Notes under the pieces: generated by a model | What the model was told of the DNA's origin: nothing | Databases searched by the model: none | The model's input: only the letters and a program-made list of their open reading frames with translations | Program-made: the position numbers and the translations under genes | From: an uncultured Gemmatimonadales bacterium | GTDB taxonomy: Bacteria; Gemmatimonadota; Gemmatimonadetes; Longimicrobiales; Longimicrobiaceae | Assembly: GCA_963716255.1 (NCBI GenBank) | Contig: OY970303.1 | Span: 576,001-640,000 of the forward strand | Direction of reading: 5' to 3' | DNA length: 64,000 nt | In this document: positions 48,975 through 58,540 of the stretch, piece by piece | Numbering within the stretch: position 1 is the stretch's first letter | Layout: every line of letters starts with the position of its first letter

Positions 48975-49694
48975 CTACTTCAGTCTTTCGAGAAGGGCCG
49001 GGACGTTTTCCGGCCTCACGTTCTCGAAGTAACGGTCGTTGATCTGCACCGCGGTGGGGAAGCCGCAGGCGCCCAGGCACTCCACCTCCATGACCGTGTA
49101 GAGCCCGTCCGCCGTGGTCTCGCCCACGTCGGCGCCGGTGGCCTGGAGGAAGGCTTCGAGCACGGCGTCGCCGCCGCACAGGTTGCAGGAGATGTTGGTG
49201 CACACCTGGATCAGGTACTTCCCGACCGGGCCCAGGTTGTACATGGTGTAGAAGGTCGCCACCCCGCGCACGTACGCCGGGGAAAGGCCCAGCCGCTCCG
49301 CCACCTCGTCCATGGTTTCGGGCGACAGGAAGCCGCGGATCTCGTGCGCCATGTGCAGCACGGGGAGCAGCGCGGCCTGCGCGTCCGGGTAGCGCTCCAG
49401 GATCTTGCCCACGCGCTCGCCGTACTCGCCCTCGAAGAGCGGGGCCGTGGGGACACTGGTGGACACCTGGTACGGCAGGGTCCCCGCGACCGCCGGGTTG
49501 CCGCCGTGGCGCGGGCGGATGCCCACGTACGCGTTGCCGCGCACGTCCGCCTCGCTGAGGGCGGGGAACTCGCCGGTGTCGCCCGCGAAGCCCGGGTTCT
49601 GCAGGGCCTGCGGCCAGGACGAGGGCGGCGAGTCGAAGCCGCCGTGGCCAGCAGCATTCTGCGCGGCTGCGCCGCTTAGTCCCTGCGGGTTCAT
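48975..49694 (-). CDS. nuoE: NADH-quinone oxidoreductase subunit E
   Basis: VATFY, CTNISC, ECLGAC; ATGA overlap with the nuoD stop. Confidence 0.92.
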   Translation of the reverse strand: MNPQGLSGAAAQNAAGHGGFDSPPSSWPQALQNPGFAGDTGEFPALSEADVRGNAYVGIRPRHGGNPAVAGTLPYQVSTSVPTAPLFEGEYGERVGKILERYPDAQAALLPVLHMAHEIRGFLSPETMDEVAERLGLSPAYVRGVATFYTMYNLGPVGKYLIQVCTNISCNLCGGDAVLEAFLQATGADVGETTADGLYTVMEVECLGACGFPTAVQINDRYFENVRPENVPALLERLK

Positions 49695-50980
49695 CGGTCG
49701 ATCTCCCCGAGGACGATGTCGAGCGACGCGTTCACCGCGATCACGTCCGAGAGGAGCGCCCCCTCGATCATGTGCGGGAGCGCCGCGATGTTGATGAAGG
49801 ACGGGCCGCGCACGCGCCAGCGCACCGGCTTGGCGCCGCCGTCGGAAACCACGTACATCCCCAGCTCGCCCTTGGACGACTCCACCGAGAACCACGACTC
49901 GCCCACCGGGGCGCGGACCCCCTCCATGACCACCTTGAAGTGGTGGATCATGGATTCCATGTCGTTCATCGCCGCCGTCTTGGAGGGCAGGATGACGCGC
50001 GGGTCGTCCACGTTGATGGGGCCGCCGGGGAGCCGGTCGATGGCCTGCTGGAGGATGCGCAGGCTCTGCCGCATCTCCTCCATGCGGCACAGGTAGCGGT
50101 CGTAGATGTCCCCGTGCTCGCCGATGGGGACCTCGAAGTCGTACGTCTCGTAGTCGTAGTACGGGCGGTCCTTGCGGATGTCGTAGTCCACCCCGGAGGC
50201 GCGCAGGTTGGGGCCCGAGAGCCCCCAGTTGACCGCGTCCTCGGCGGAGATGGCGCCCACGCCCTGCGTCCGGCCGATCCAGATGCCGTTGTTGGTGAGC
50301 AGGGTGTCCACCTCCTCGAGCGTGCGCGGGAAGGTGTCCACGAACTCCTGCAGCTTCTCGATCCACCCGGACGGCAGGTCCGCCATCATCCCCCCGATGC
50401 GGGTGGACGAGGTGGTGATGCGCGCGCCGGTGAACGACTCGTGCAGGTCGTAGATGCGCTCGCGCTCCTGGAAGGTGTACAGGAAGACGGTGAACGCTCC
50501 CAGGTCGATCCCCGTGGTCCCCAGCCAGAGCAGGTGCGAGAAGATGCGGTCCAGCTCCATGCAGATGACGCGGACCACCTTGCAGCGCTCGGTGACCGTG
50601 ATCCCCATGAGCTTCTCGACCGCCATGGCGTAGGCGCAGTTGTAGATCAGCGGCGCCAGGTAGTCCATACGGTCGGTGAGGGGGATGATCTGGTTCCAGT
50701 CCCGGTACTCCCCCAGCTTCTCGAACGAGGAGTGCAGGTAGCCGATGTGCGGGATGCACCGCACCACCGTCTCGCCGTCCAGCTCCAGGACCAGGCGGAG
50801 CACCCCGTGGGTGGCGGGGTGCTGCGGCCCGATGTTGATGAGCATGTGCTCGCCCGCGATGTCCTCGTGCACGTGCACCGACTCGCCCTCCAGCGGGACG
50901 ATGGGGGCGTGCACCAGGCTCCCCCCAGCGCTCAGCTCCGGGTTGCGGGTGACGTTGTAAACGACCTTGCGGAGCGCCAT
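49691..50980 (-). CDS. nuoD: NADH-quinone oxidoreductase subunit D
   Basis: GPQHPATHGVLR, DRMDY, GEIDR C-terminus. Confidence 0.97.
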   Translation of the reverse strand: MALRKVVYNVTRNPELSAGGSLVHAPIVPLEGESVHVHEDIAGEHMLINIGPQHPATHGVLRLVLELDGETVVRCIPHIGYLHSSFEKLGEYRDWNQIIPLTDRMDYLAPLIYNCAYAMAVEKLMGITVTERCKVVRVICMELDRIFSHLLWLGTTGIDLGAFTVFLYTFQERERIYDLHESFTGARITTSSTRIGGMMADLPSGWIEKLQEFVDTFPRTLEEVDTLLTNNGIWIGRTQGVGAISAEDAVNWGLSGPNLRASGVDYDIRKDRPYYDYETYDFEVPIGEHGDIYDRYLCRMEEMRQSLRILQQAIDRLPGGPINVDDPRVILPSKTAAMNDMESMIHHFKVVMEGVRAPVGESWFSVESSKGELGMYVVSDGGAKPVRWRVRGPSFINIAALPHMIEGALLSDVIAVNASLDIVLGEIDR

Positions 50981-51711
50981 CAGCCTCCTCCTCCCATGCC
51001 GCCGAACTGCCCGTGCTGCTCGGCGCCCTCGGTCCCGGCGAAGGGGTCGGGCACCGGCTGGTTCAGTGCGTGCGCGATCTGCAGCTCGCGCGGCGAGTAG
51101 TGGTCCTCGGTCTTGAGCGCCAGGGCCCGCCGCGTCTGCTCCGCGCGCGAGAAGCGTCCGCGCAGCGGAAAGTCCTTACGCAGGGGGTGCCCCTCGGCGT
51201 AGTTGTAGGGCATGAGGATGCGCCGCAGGTCCGGGTGCCCGTTGAAGACCACGCCGAACATGTCGAACACCTCGCGCTCCAGCCAGTCGGAGGCGCGCCA
51301 CAGGTGGTAGACGCTGTCGATCTCCAGCGCCTCCAGCGGCACCTCGGCCTTGACCCGCAGGTTCAGCTTGGTCCTGGTGGACCAGAGCTGCCAGACCACC
51401 TGCAGGAAGCGGCCGTTGCCCCAGTCGATGGCCGTGAGGTCCTGGAGGAAGTCGTACTGGTGGCCGGGGGCGTCCTTGAGCCACGCCAGCACTTCGCGCG
51501 CTCGCGCGGGCTGCACGTACACCACGTGCTCGTCGCCCGCGGTGAGCTCGTGCCGCAGCACCGCGTCGCCGAACTCTTCGCGCAGCGCGTCCACGCTGGC
51601 GTGCGGGGGGAGGTCGCCCGCGGGGGGCGGGACGCCCGGCTCCTCGCGCGGGGAGCCCGCGGCGCCCGCGTCCAGCCCTTCCAGGCCCTTCTTGAACGAG
51701 TCGTTCGCCAT
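50980..51711 (-). CDS. nuoC: NADH-quinone oxidoreductase subunit C
   Basis: WLEREVFDMFG, GHPDLRRIL, GHPLRKDFPL. Confidence 0.95.
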   Translation of the reverse strand: MANDSFKKGLEGLDAGAAGSPREEPGVPPPAGDLPPHASVDALREEFGDAVLRHELTAGDEHVVYVQPARAREVLAWLKDAPGHQYDFLQDLTAIDWGNGRFLQVVWQLWSTRTKLNLRVKAEVPLEALEIDSVYHLWRASDWLEREVFDMFGVVFNGHPDLRRILMPYNYAEGHPLRKDFPLRGRFSRAEQTRRALALKTEDHYSPRELQIAHALNQPVPDPFAGTEGAEQHGQFGGMGGGG

Positions 51712-51725
51712 GTTCGTCGGGCGCT

Positions 51726-52421
51726 TCAAGGACGGCGGTCGGCCGGCCGCACGACCGCACCGGTGGACACGAGGCCGCTGGTGCGGTTCTGCCGGGTGGA
51801 GTTGCCGAAGGGCGCGGTGATCCCTTCGATCACCTCGTCCGGGAGCACGGAGTCGGCCAGCGGCAGGGCGTCCACGGTGTTCCACTCGCGCTGCGAGGTG
51901 GGCGCCGAGTTGCGGATCTTCTCCTGCACCATGAGGATGCCGTACATCAGCCCCTCGGGGCGCGGCGGGCACCCGGGGACGTAGACGTCCACGGGGATGA
52001 TGGTGTCGATCCCCTGCACCATGCTGTACACGTCGAAGACGCCGCCCGAGGAGGCGCAGGCGCCCATGGAGATGCACCACTTGGGCTCGGGCATCTGCTC
52101 CCAGATACGCCGCAGCACCGGCGCCATCTTGTAGGAGACGCGCCCGGCGCAGATGAGCAGATCGGCCTGCCGGGGGGAGAAGCTCATGCGCTCCATCCCG
52201 AAGCGGGCCAGGTCGTAGCGGGTGGCGGCGGTGGCCATCATCTCGATGGCGCAGCACGCGGTCCCGAAGGGCATGGGCCAGAGCGAGTTCTGCCGGGCCC
52301 AGTTCACCACCGCGTCCACGCGGGTGGTGAGGAAGCTGGGCGCCCCGGAGAAGATGCCGCCCTGGGGTGCCTCGGACCCGTCCTGGTGGACGGGGAGGCC
52401 GCCGTCGTCGTTCAGTTCCAT
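51726..52421 (-). CDS. nuoB: NADH-quinone oxidoreductase subunit B
   Basis: [26 protein letters not shown]. Confidence 0.95.
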   Translation of the reverse strand: MELNDDGGLPVHQDGSEAPQGGIFSGAPSFLTTRVDAVVNWARQNSLWPMPFGTACCAIEMMATAATRYDLARFGMERMSFSPRQADLLICAGRVSYKMAPVLRRIWEQMPEPKWCISMGACASSGGVFDVYSMVQGIDTIIPVDVYVPGCPPRPEGLMYGILMVQEKIRNSAPTSQREWNTVDALPLADSVLPDEVIEGITAPFGNSTRQNRTSGLVSTGAVVRPADRRP

Positions 52422-52768
52422 TCGAGCGCTCCCTTCTTCCACTCGTAGATCAGCCCCACCGTGAGGATGAAGATGAAGATCCCGGCCGCGGCGAAGCCGT
52501 CCCAGCCCAGGTAGCGCATCTTCACGGCCCAGGGGAGCAGGAAAACGGTCTCCACGTCGAAGACGATGAACAGGATCGCGACCACGTAGAACTTGACCGA
52601 GAACCGCTCCCGCGTGCTCCCGAGCGGGTCCATCCCCGACTCGTAGGGCGACGACTTGACCTTTAGGTACCCGCCCGGGCTCAGCACCTTGGAGAGCACG
52701 ACCATGCCCACCGCCTGCGCGGCGGAAAGGACCAGCATGAGCAGGATCGGCGTGTACGAGCGTAGCAT
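52412..52768 (-). CDS. nuoA: NADH-quinone oxidoreductase subunit A
   Basis: [19 protein letters not shown]. Confidence 0.95.
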   Translation of the reverse strand: MLRSYTPILLMLVLSAAQAVGMVVLSKVLSPGGYLKVKSSPYESGMDPLGSTRERFSVKFYVVAILFIVFDVETVFLLPWAVKMRYLGWDGFAAAGIFIFILTVGLIYEWKKGALEWN

Positions 52769-52799
52769 GGCGCGGTCCGGGTGCCGGGCTTGCGAAAGC

Positions 52800-52817
52800 T
52801 TGTGAAATCGTTCACTT
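52800..52817. promoter_or_regulatory. Putative Rex-type operator upstream of nuoA
   Basis: TTGTGAA-ATCG-TTCACTT versus Rex consensus TTGTGAA-N4-TTCACAA; lies just downstream of the promoter. Confidence 0.55.
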
Positions 52818-52831
52818 GCGAGAGACGGGTC

Positions 52832-52860
52832 AAAATACGGTCCCCGCCACCCGCGGTCAA
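52832..52860 (-). promoter_or_regulatory. Sigma70-type promoter of the nuo operon
   Basis: TTGACC-17 bp-TATTTT. Confidence 0.55.
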
Positions 52861-53019
52861 GGCGAACTCCCCGCCCCCGCGGCCCTTGCCCGGGCGCGGG
52901 GAGCGGCGGTAAGTTGGCGTCTCGGTCCGCCCTCCCTACCCCCGGTCCCGCGGCCCGTTCGTTCGGGGCCTCTTCGGTCCTGCCGGGAACTCCTGGCTCC
53001 GCTTCATTAATCGTTCCAG

Positions 53020-53580
53020 ATGAGCATCAAGCCCGACCACTGGATCCGGACGATGGCCCGCGAGCACGGGATGATCGATCCGTACGAGGACGCCCAGGTG
53101 CGGCGGGGGACGATCTCGTACGGGGTGTCGTCGTACGGCTATGACATGCGGGTGGCGAACGAGTTCAAGATCTTCACCAACGTCAACAACGCCATCGTGG
53201 ATCCCAAGGCGTTCGACGAGAAGTCGTTCGTGAACTTCGAGGGCGAGGTGTGCATCGTCCCGCCCAACTCGTTCGCGCTGGCCCGCTCGGTGGAGTACTT
53301 CCGCATCCCGCGCAACGTGTTCACGCTGTGCGTGGGCAAGAGCACCTATGCGCGCTGCGGGATCATCACCAACGTCACGCCCTTCGAGCCGGAATGGGAG
53401 GGCTACGTGACGCTGGAGATCTCCAACACCACGCCGCTCCCCGCGCGGGTGTACGCCAACGAGGGGATCGCGCAGGTGATCTTCTTCGAGGCCGGCCCCG
53501 GGGACATCTGCGAGGTGAGCTACGGGGATCGCAAGGGCAAGTACCAGGGCCAGGTCGGCGTCACCACGCCGCGCCTGTAG
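53020..53580 (+). CDS. dcd: dCTP deaminase
   Basis: [39 protein letters not shown]. Confidence 0.95.
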   Translation: MSIKPDHWIRTMAREHGMIDPYEDAQVRRGTISYGVSSYGYDMRVANEFKIFTNVNNAIVDPKAFDEKSFVNFEGEVCIVPPNSFALARSVEYFRIPRNVFTLCVGKSTYARCGIITNVTPFEPEWEGYVTLEISNTTPLPARVYANEGIAQVIFFEAGPGDICEVSYGDRKGKYQGQVGVTTPRL

Positions 53581-53750
53581 GCGGCTCGATAAATCGCCCA
53601 GCTCTGCGTTGCCCTGCGGGCGGCTCCCTGCGACGTACATGAAGTACGTCTCGGTCGCCGTCCTCGGGCGCCTTGATCTGCACGATTTCTCTTCGCCTCA
53701 CCCGGTGAGGCAGTGAACGGCCGGAAGGCCCGGCAGTCCGTTGTAGTTCC

Positions 53751-53900
53751 GCAGTACCCACATAATCCGTTGCGGAGGGAGACAGCCGGCAGTTTGGCTG
53801 GCTCACTCCGGCGCAGGGAGACTCGCCGGCTGTTTGGCGAGGCTCCCGGAGCCCGCGTAGGAAACAGGCCGGCAGTTTGGCCTGGTTCCGGAGCGGCCCC
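53751..53900 (+). repeat. Structured repeat family 2, copy d
   Basis: Three hairpin modules. Confidence 0.85.
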
Positions 53901-53969
53901 GACGCAGCACCCCGACCGGAACACGACCCACCTTCCCACCTTCATAATTCTCCTGCAGGAAAACCCTGA

Positions 53970-54575
53970 ATGAAGCAGAGCGGCGTACATCCAAAGCACA
54001 TCGACGCGATCCGCGAGGTGGTGAACATCGGGGCCGGCCACGCGGCGACCGCGCTCTCCACCATGACCAACGTCACGGTGATGATCTCCGTCCCCCGGAT
54101 CCTGTGGACGGACCGCCCGGCGGACGCGGAGCCGGCGCTGCCGCAGGACGACCGCCTGGTGCTGATCTCCATCCCCGTGGAGGCGAAGTCCTCGGGCGAG
54201 GGCGAGCGCGCCTCGCTGATCATCGGGCGGAGGACGGCAATGCGCATGGTGGGGCTGCTGCTGCGGCGCCAGGTGGACCCGGACGGCGAGCTGGGGATGC
54301 TGGAGCGCTCCACGCTCCAGGAGCTGGGCAACATCGTCTGCGCGTCGTACGTGGGGGTGCTGGGGACCTTCCTGGGCGAGAGCGTGATGATCGGGACGCC
54401 GGAGTTCCGCGAGGGCCCGCACGCGGAGATCGCGGCGGACATGGCCAACGGGCTGGTGATCGAAACGGACTTCACGCTGCAGGATTCCACCTTCGAGGGG
54501 GTGTTCGTGCTCACCCACAGCGAGGTGTCGTTCAACTCGCTGATCGCCGCGCTGGGGCTGTCGGACGTTTCCTGA
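53970..54575 (+). CDS. cheC: CheC-like phosphatase
   Basis: DAIREVVNIGAGHAATALS and STLQELGNI (two ExxN motifs). Confidence 0.8.
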   Translation: MKQSGVHPKHIDAIREVVNIGAGHAATALSTMTNVTVMISVPRILWTDRPADAEPALPQDDRLVLISIPVEAKSSGEGERASLIIGRRTAMRMVGLLLRRQVDPDGELGMLERSTLQELGNIVCASYVGVLGTFLGESVMIGTPEFREGPHAEIAADMANGLVIETDFTLQDSTFEGVFVLTHSEVSFNSLIAALGLSDVS

Positions 54576-54615
54576 CGCGCGGCGCGGGGACCGGCCCTTG
54601 CGTGCGCGGGCCGGC

Positions 54616-56316
54616 ATGAGCCACGAGACCCCCTTCTCCCCCCTCGCGCGCGCGGCCCACCTGCGGGCGCTGGGCGAAGCGCGCTTCGACGTGCTGGTGG
54701 TGGGCGGGGGGATCACCGGCGCGGGCGTGGCGCTGGACGCGGCGACGCGCGGCCTGCGCACGGCGCTGGTGGAGGCGGGCGACTTCGCGGAGGGCACCAG
54801 CTCCCGCTCGTCCCGCCTGGTGCACGGCGGCCTGCGCTACCTGGAGACGGGCGACTTCCGCCTGGTCTTCGAGGCGCTGGCGGAGCGCCGCCGCCTGCTG
54901 GAGCTGGCCTCCCACCTGGTCCACCCCCTCCCCTTCCTGTTCCCGCTCTACCGCACGGGCCCGGTCCCCTTCCGCAAGCTGCAGGCGGGGATGTGGCTGT
55001 ACGACCTGCTCGCCCTGTTCCGGGGGGTGCGGCGCCACCGCATGCTCCGCCACCGCGCGGTGCTTGCCGCGGAGCCGCGCCTGGCGCGGGAGGGGCTGGT
55101 GGGCGGCGCGGAGTACTTCGACGCGTCGGTGGACGACGCGCGCCTGGCGCTGGCGGTGGCGCGGGGCGCGCACGGGGCCGGGGCGGCGGTGGTGTCGCAC
55201 GCGGCGGTGACGGGCTTCCTGCGCGACGACGCGGGCGCGGTGCGTGGGGCACGCATCCGCGACGCGCTCACGGGCGGGGAGGTGGAGGCGCGGGCGGACG
55301 TGGTGGTGAACGCCACCGGGCCCTGGAGCGACGCGCTGCGCCGCCTGGCGGACCCGGACGCCGCGCCGCGCCTGCGCCCCACCAAGGGCGTGCACCTGGT
55401 GCTGGAGCGCGGGCGGGTGGGGAACGCGGGGGCGCTGATCTTCCCCTCGCCGCTGGACGGGCGGATCATGTTCGTGCTCCCCTGGGGCGCCTTCACCTAC
55501 GTGGGGACCACGGACACGGACTTCGCCGGGGACCCGGGCGAGGCGTCGGCGACGGAGGCGGACGTGGAGTACCTCCTGGACTCGGCGAACGCGCTCTTCC
55601 CGGAGGCGGTGCTGACCGCGGCGGACGTGCTCAGCACCTGGACCGGGGTGCGCCCCCTGCTGGCCCCGGAGCGCGGCGGCGACGGGGTGGCGGAAAGCGC
55701 GACCTCGCGCGAGCACGAGATCTGGCAGGACGGCGGGGGGCTGGTGAGCGTGGCGGGCGGCAAGCTGACCACCTACCGGGTGATGGCCGCGCAGACGGCG
55801 GACGTCGTGGTGGAGGTGCTGCGCCGGGAGCGCGAGGTCGCCGCGACCGAATCCGTCACCGCCGACCTCCATCTCCCCGGCGCGCCGACGGAACCGTGGG
55901 AGCGATTCGAGGCGCGCGTCGTGGCGGACGCGGCGCGGGCGGGGCTGCCGGACGCGACCGCGCGCCACCTGGCGCGCGCCTACGGCGAGGACGCGCAGGC
56001 GGTCCTCGCGGCGGTGGCGGCGGACCCGGCGCTCGGGCGGCCGCTGCTGGACGGCCTGCCCTACGTGTGGGCGGAGGTGCCGCACGCGGTGGGCGGCGAG
56101 ATGGCGCTGACGCTGGAGGACGTGCTGCGCCGGCGGCTGCACGTGTTCTACGAGGCGCGGGACGGCGGGCTGGAGATCGCGGCGGAGGTGGCGGAGCGGA
56201 TGGCGGAGCTGCCGGGACTGGGGTGGGACGCGGCGGAAACCGGGCGCCAGGTGGAGGCGTACCGGGAGGCGGTGGAGGCGACGCGGCCGGCCCGGCCCTC
56301 ACCCGGCTCGCTTTAG
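54616..56316 (+). CDS. glpD: FAD-dependent glycerol-3-phosphate dehydrogenase
   Basis: VGGGITG, GTSSRSSRLVHGGLRYL, DDARL, GTTDT, GGKLTTYR. Confidence 0.93.
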   Translation: MSHETPFSPLARAAHLRALGEARFDVLVVGGGITGAGVALDAATRGLRTALVEAGDFAEGTSSRSSRLVHGGLRYLETGDFRLVFEALAERRRLLELASHLVHPLPFLFPLYRTGPVPFRKLQAGMWLYDLLALFRGVRRHRMLRHRAVLAAEPRLAREGLVGGAEYFDASVDDARLALAVARGAHGAGAAVVSHAAVTGFLRDDAGAVRGARIRDALTGGEVEARADVVVNATGPWSDALRRLADPDAAPRLRPTKGVHLVLERGRVGNAGALIFPSPLDGRIMFVLPWGAFTYVGTTDTDFAGDPGEASATEADVEYLLDSANALFPEAVLTAADVLSTWTGVRPLLAPERGGDGVAESATSREHEIWQDGGGLVSVAGGKLTTYRVMAAQTADVVVEVLRREREVAATESVTADLHLPGAPTEPWERFEARVVADAARAGLPDATARHLARAYGEDAQAVLAAVAADPALGRPLLDGLPYVWAEVPHAVGGEMALTLEDVLRRRLHVFYEARDGGLEIAAEVAERMAELPGLGWDAAETGRQVEAYREAVEATRPARPSPGSL

Positions 56317-56370
56317 GCTCGCCACCCTTTCCCTTCATCCGGTTCACGCGAAGCGTGAAGCGCCATTCTG
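56301..56370 (+). repeat. Intergenic repeat family 3, overlapping the glpD stop
   Basis: Near-identical to 8981-9050. Confidence 0.8.
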
Positions 56371-56413
56371 GGAGAGGGGGCAACGGCTGGACATAGAGTA
56401 CGGGCAGGCAGTT

Positions 56414-56563
56414 GCGTGAGGGATTTCGGCCCGAAGGGGCGAGACCGCGCGGCACCTCAGTTCAGAGGTGCTGGCGCGGGCTCGACTCCGTTGGCGAGCG
56501 TTGTTTGCTCGCTTACGGAGCCGAAGCCCGACCCCGGCGCCAGCCGGGGGCACGCCCAAACCT
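56414..56563 (+). repeat. Structured repeat family 1, copy G (extended P4 arm)
   Basis: Scaffold intact; one arm lengthened (gcacctc-agttca-gaggtgc). Confidence 0.88.
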
Positions 56564-56588
56564 GCCGTGACGAGCAGTTCAGCCGTCT

Positions 56589-56765
56589 CTATCCCACGAA
56601 CATCGGCGACAGGAGCCAGAGCGCCGCGGCCGCCAGCGCGAGCACTCCGAGGACCACCGCCACCCCCTGGCCGACGCTCCGCCCCCGGGTCGGCACCTCG
56701 TCCTTGACGTGCGGGACGGGCTGGGACCCTCCCTCGAACGGCGGATCACGATCGGGCGTGCTCAA
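56589..56765 (-). CDS. Small membrane protein, 58 aa (not in the ORF track)
   Basis: GGGAGGGAG RBS, TTG start; MSTPDRDPPF...GVAVVLGVLALAAAALWLLSPMFVG*. Confidence 0.55.
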   Translation of the reverse strand: MSTPDRDPPFEGGSQPVPHVKDEVPTRGRSVGQGVAVVLGVLALAAAALWLLSPMFVG

Positions 56766-56838
56766 TTGCGCTCCCTCCCCACGGGTGGATTCGGATGCCG
56801 ACGGGCCGCTCCTCCGCGCAACCCGCGTGCCCGCCGGG

Positions 56839-57816
56839 TCACGGGATGATCACCGGCTGCGGCCGGCGCGTGACGGTGTCGGGCCGCGCCGGAGACTCCT
56901 CCTGCTGCTCCTCGGCTTCCTCCTCGCGGCGCCGCTCCGCCTCCTCCTGGCGCCGGCGCTCCGCTTCCTGCGTCCGCCGCCGCTGGGCCTCCGTGGGCGC
57001 CTGCTGCTTGGGCACAGCGCGTGGGGGCTGCTGCTGCGCGCGCGGCTGCGGGGTGCCCGCGGCGGGCGGCCTCGCCTGTCCGGGCGCGGCCGCGGGCGGA
57101 GCGCCCGGACGCACGGCCGGCTGCCCCGGGGCCTGGCCGGGCACCTGCGCCGGGCCGGCGGGCGGCACCGCCGCCGCGCGGGCCGAGTCGGCAAGGCGCA
57201 CCGAGTCCGCCCGCAGCGAGTCCGCGAGCCGCAGCGAGTCGCGGCGCACCGAGTCGGCGCGGATGGAGTCCACGTTGAGCTTGACGAAGCCGCCCTGGTA
57301 GCGGACGAAGGGCTGCCGCACGGCGGTGCGCACCAGGGCGGCCCTGGCCCCGGTGGACCACGTCTGCGCGGCGGAGAGCGAGGTCAGCTCGATCCACAGC
57401 GTGTCGCGCTTCACCCGCCCGGCGATGAAGCTCCCCGCCCCGTCCGGCCCGAACGCCACCACCGAAAGGATCCCGTCGCGCCGCACCTCGCCCACGAACG
57501 GGAACTGCTGCCCGTCGCGCACGTAGGCGCCGGCGACCGAGTCCAGCCGCTGCGTGCGCACCGCCAGCGCGCCCGGGGGGAGCATCCCCGCCCCCTCCGT
57601 GACGGTGTCGCGCACCGGCAGCTCCCAGCCGGCGAAGCGCCAGGTGCCCGCCACCTCGGGGAGCCCGGCGCGCGCCTCGGGGCTGGGGCGCTTCAGCGCG
57701 GGGAGCGGCTGCACGTCCACGCCTTCGGCCTCCTCGCAGGCGGCGAGGACGAGCAGGAGGAGCGCGGCACGCCGCGGCGCTGCGAGGACGGCGGGGAACA
57801 TCCTGGACTTTGGCAT
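56839..57816 (-). CDS. Hypothetical lipoprotein with Pro/Ala-rich and charged C-terminal tail
   Basis: LAAC lipobox; ADS-type repeats; start uncertain (57816 or 57801). Confidence 0.7.
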   Translation of the reverse strand: MPKSRMFPAVLAAPRRAALLLLVLAACEEAEGVDVQPLPALKRPSPEARAGLPEVAGTWRFAGWELPVRDTVTEGAGMLPPGALAVRTQRLDSVAGAYVRDGQQFPFVGEVRRDGILSVVAFGPDGAGSFIAGRVKRDTLWIELTSLSAAQTWSTGARAALVRTAVRQPFVRYQGGFVKLNVDSIRADSVRRDSLRLADSLRADSVRLADSARAAAVPPAGPAQVPGQAPGQPAVRPGAPPAAAPGQARPPAAGTPQPRAQQQPPRAVPKQQAPTEAQRRRTQEAERRRQEEAERRREEEAEEQQEESPARPDTVTRRPQPVIIP

Positions 57817-57910
57817 CGGCTGGAACCCTGGAAGACGTGTCACGCCCGGGCGATACCGGGGCGGGTTGCGCCCCTGTTGGCGCAGTTTCCGCCAGTGCGC
57901 GCGCGGGAGG

Positions 57911-57939
57911 TTGACATCATGTGGCGCATTCCGTACTTT
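57911..57939 (+). promoter_or_regulatory. Sigma70-type promoter of the Fur-family gene
   Basis: TTGACA-17 bp-TACTTT. Confidence 0.65.
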
Positions 57940-57998
57940 GCTGATCAGGCTACGACCGGACCCTGGGATCCGTCCGGACGAACTCCTACGAGGCCGTC

Positions 57999-58448
57999 AT
58001 GTTCACCACCTCACGAACCGTACCGTCCGACGCGGACACCGTGCTGCGGGCGGCGCTGGAAGCCAACGGGCAGCGCTACACCGACCAGCGCGCCGCCGTC
58101 TACCGGTTCCTGTGCGCCACCCTGGAGCACCCCACGGCGGACGAGGTGTTCACCGCGGTCCGCGCCCACATCGCCGACATCTCGCTGGCCACGGTCTACA
58201 AGGCGCTGGAAACGCTGGTCACCTGCGAGCTCGCCATCAAGCTGACCTACGGCGACGGCTCGGCGCGCTACGACGCCCGCACGGACGACCACTGCCACTC
58301 GCGGTGCCTGGGCTGCGGCAACGTGCGCGACATCCCCGACCACCACGTGGCGGCGCTTCCCCGGATCGAGGTGGGCGACGGGTTCGCGGCCCAGGGGTAC
58401 CGGGTGGAGGTCGTCGGGCTCTGCCGGTCCTGTACGGCGTCGCACTGA
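57999..58448 (+). CDS. Fur family regulator (PerR-like)
   Basis: T.QR, HPTADEV, SLATVYKAL, HCH..CLGC, CRSC. Confidence 0.9.
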   Translation: MFTTSRTVPSDADTVLRAALEANGQRYTDQRAAVYRFLCATLEHPTADEVFTAVRAHIADISLATVYKALETLVTCELAIKLTYGDGSARYDARTDDHCHSRCLGCGNVRDIPDHHVAALPRIEVGDGFAAQGYRVEVVGLCRSCTASH

Positions 58449-58474
58449 GGGTTTCTCTTCCAGGTTGTCGATTC

Positions 58475-58514
58475 GGGCGCTCTCCGGCTTCGTGCCGGGG
58501 GGCGCTTTCGTTTT
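58475..58514 (+). terminator. Intrinsic terminator after the Fur-family gene
   Basis: gggcgctctccggc-ttcgt-gccggggggcgctt followed by tcgtttt. Confidence 0.6.
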
Positions 58515-58540
58515 GTACGGCCACGGCTTACGGCTACGGC

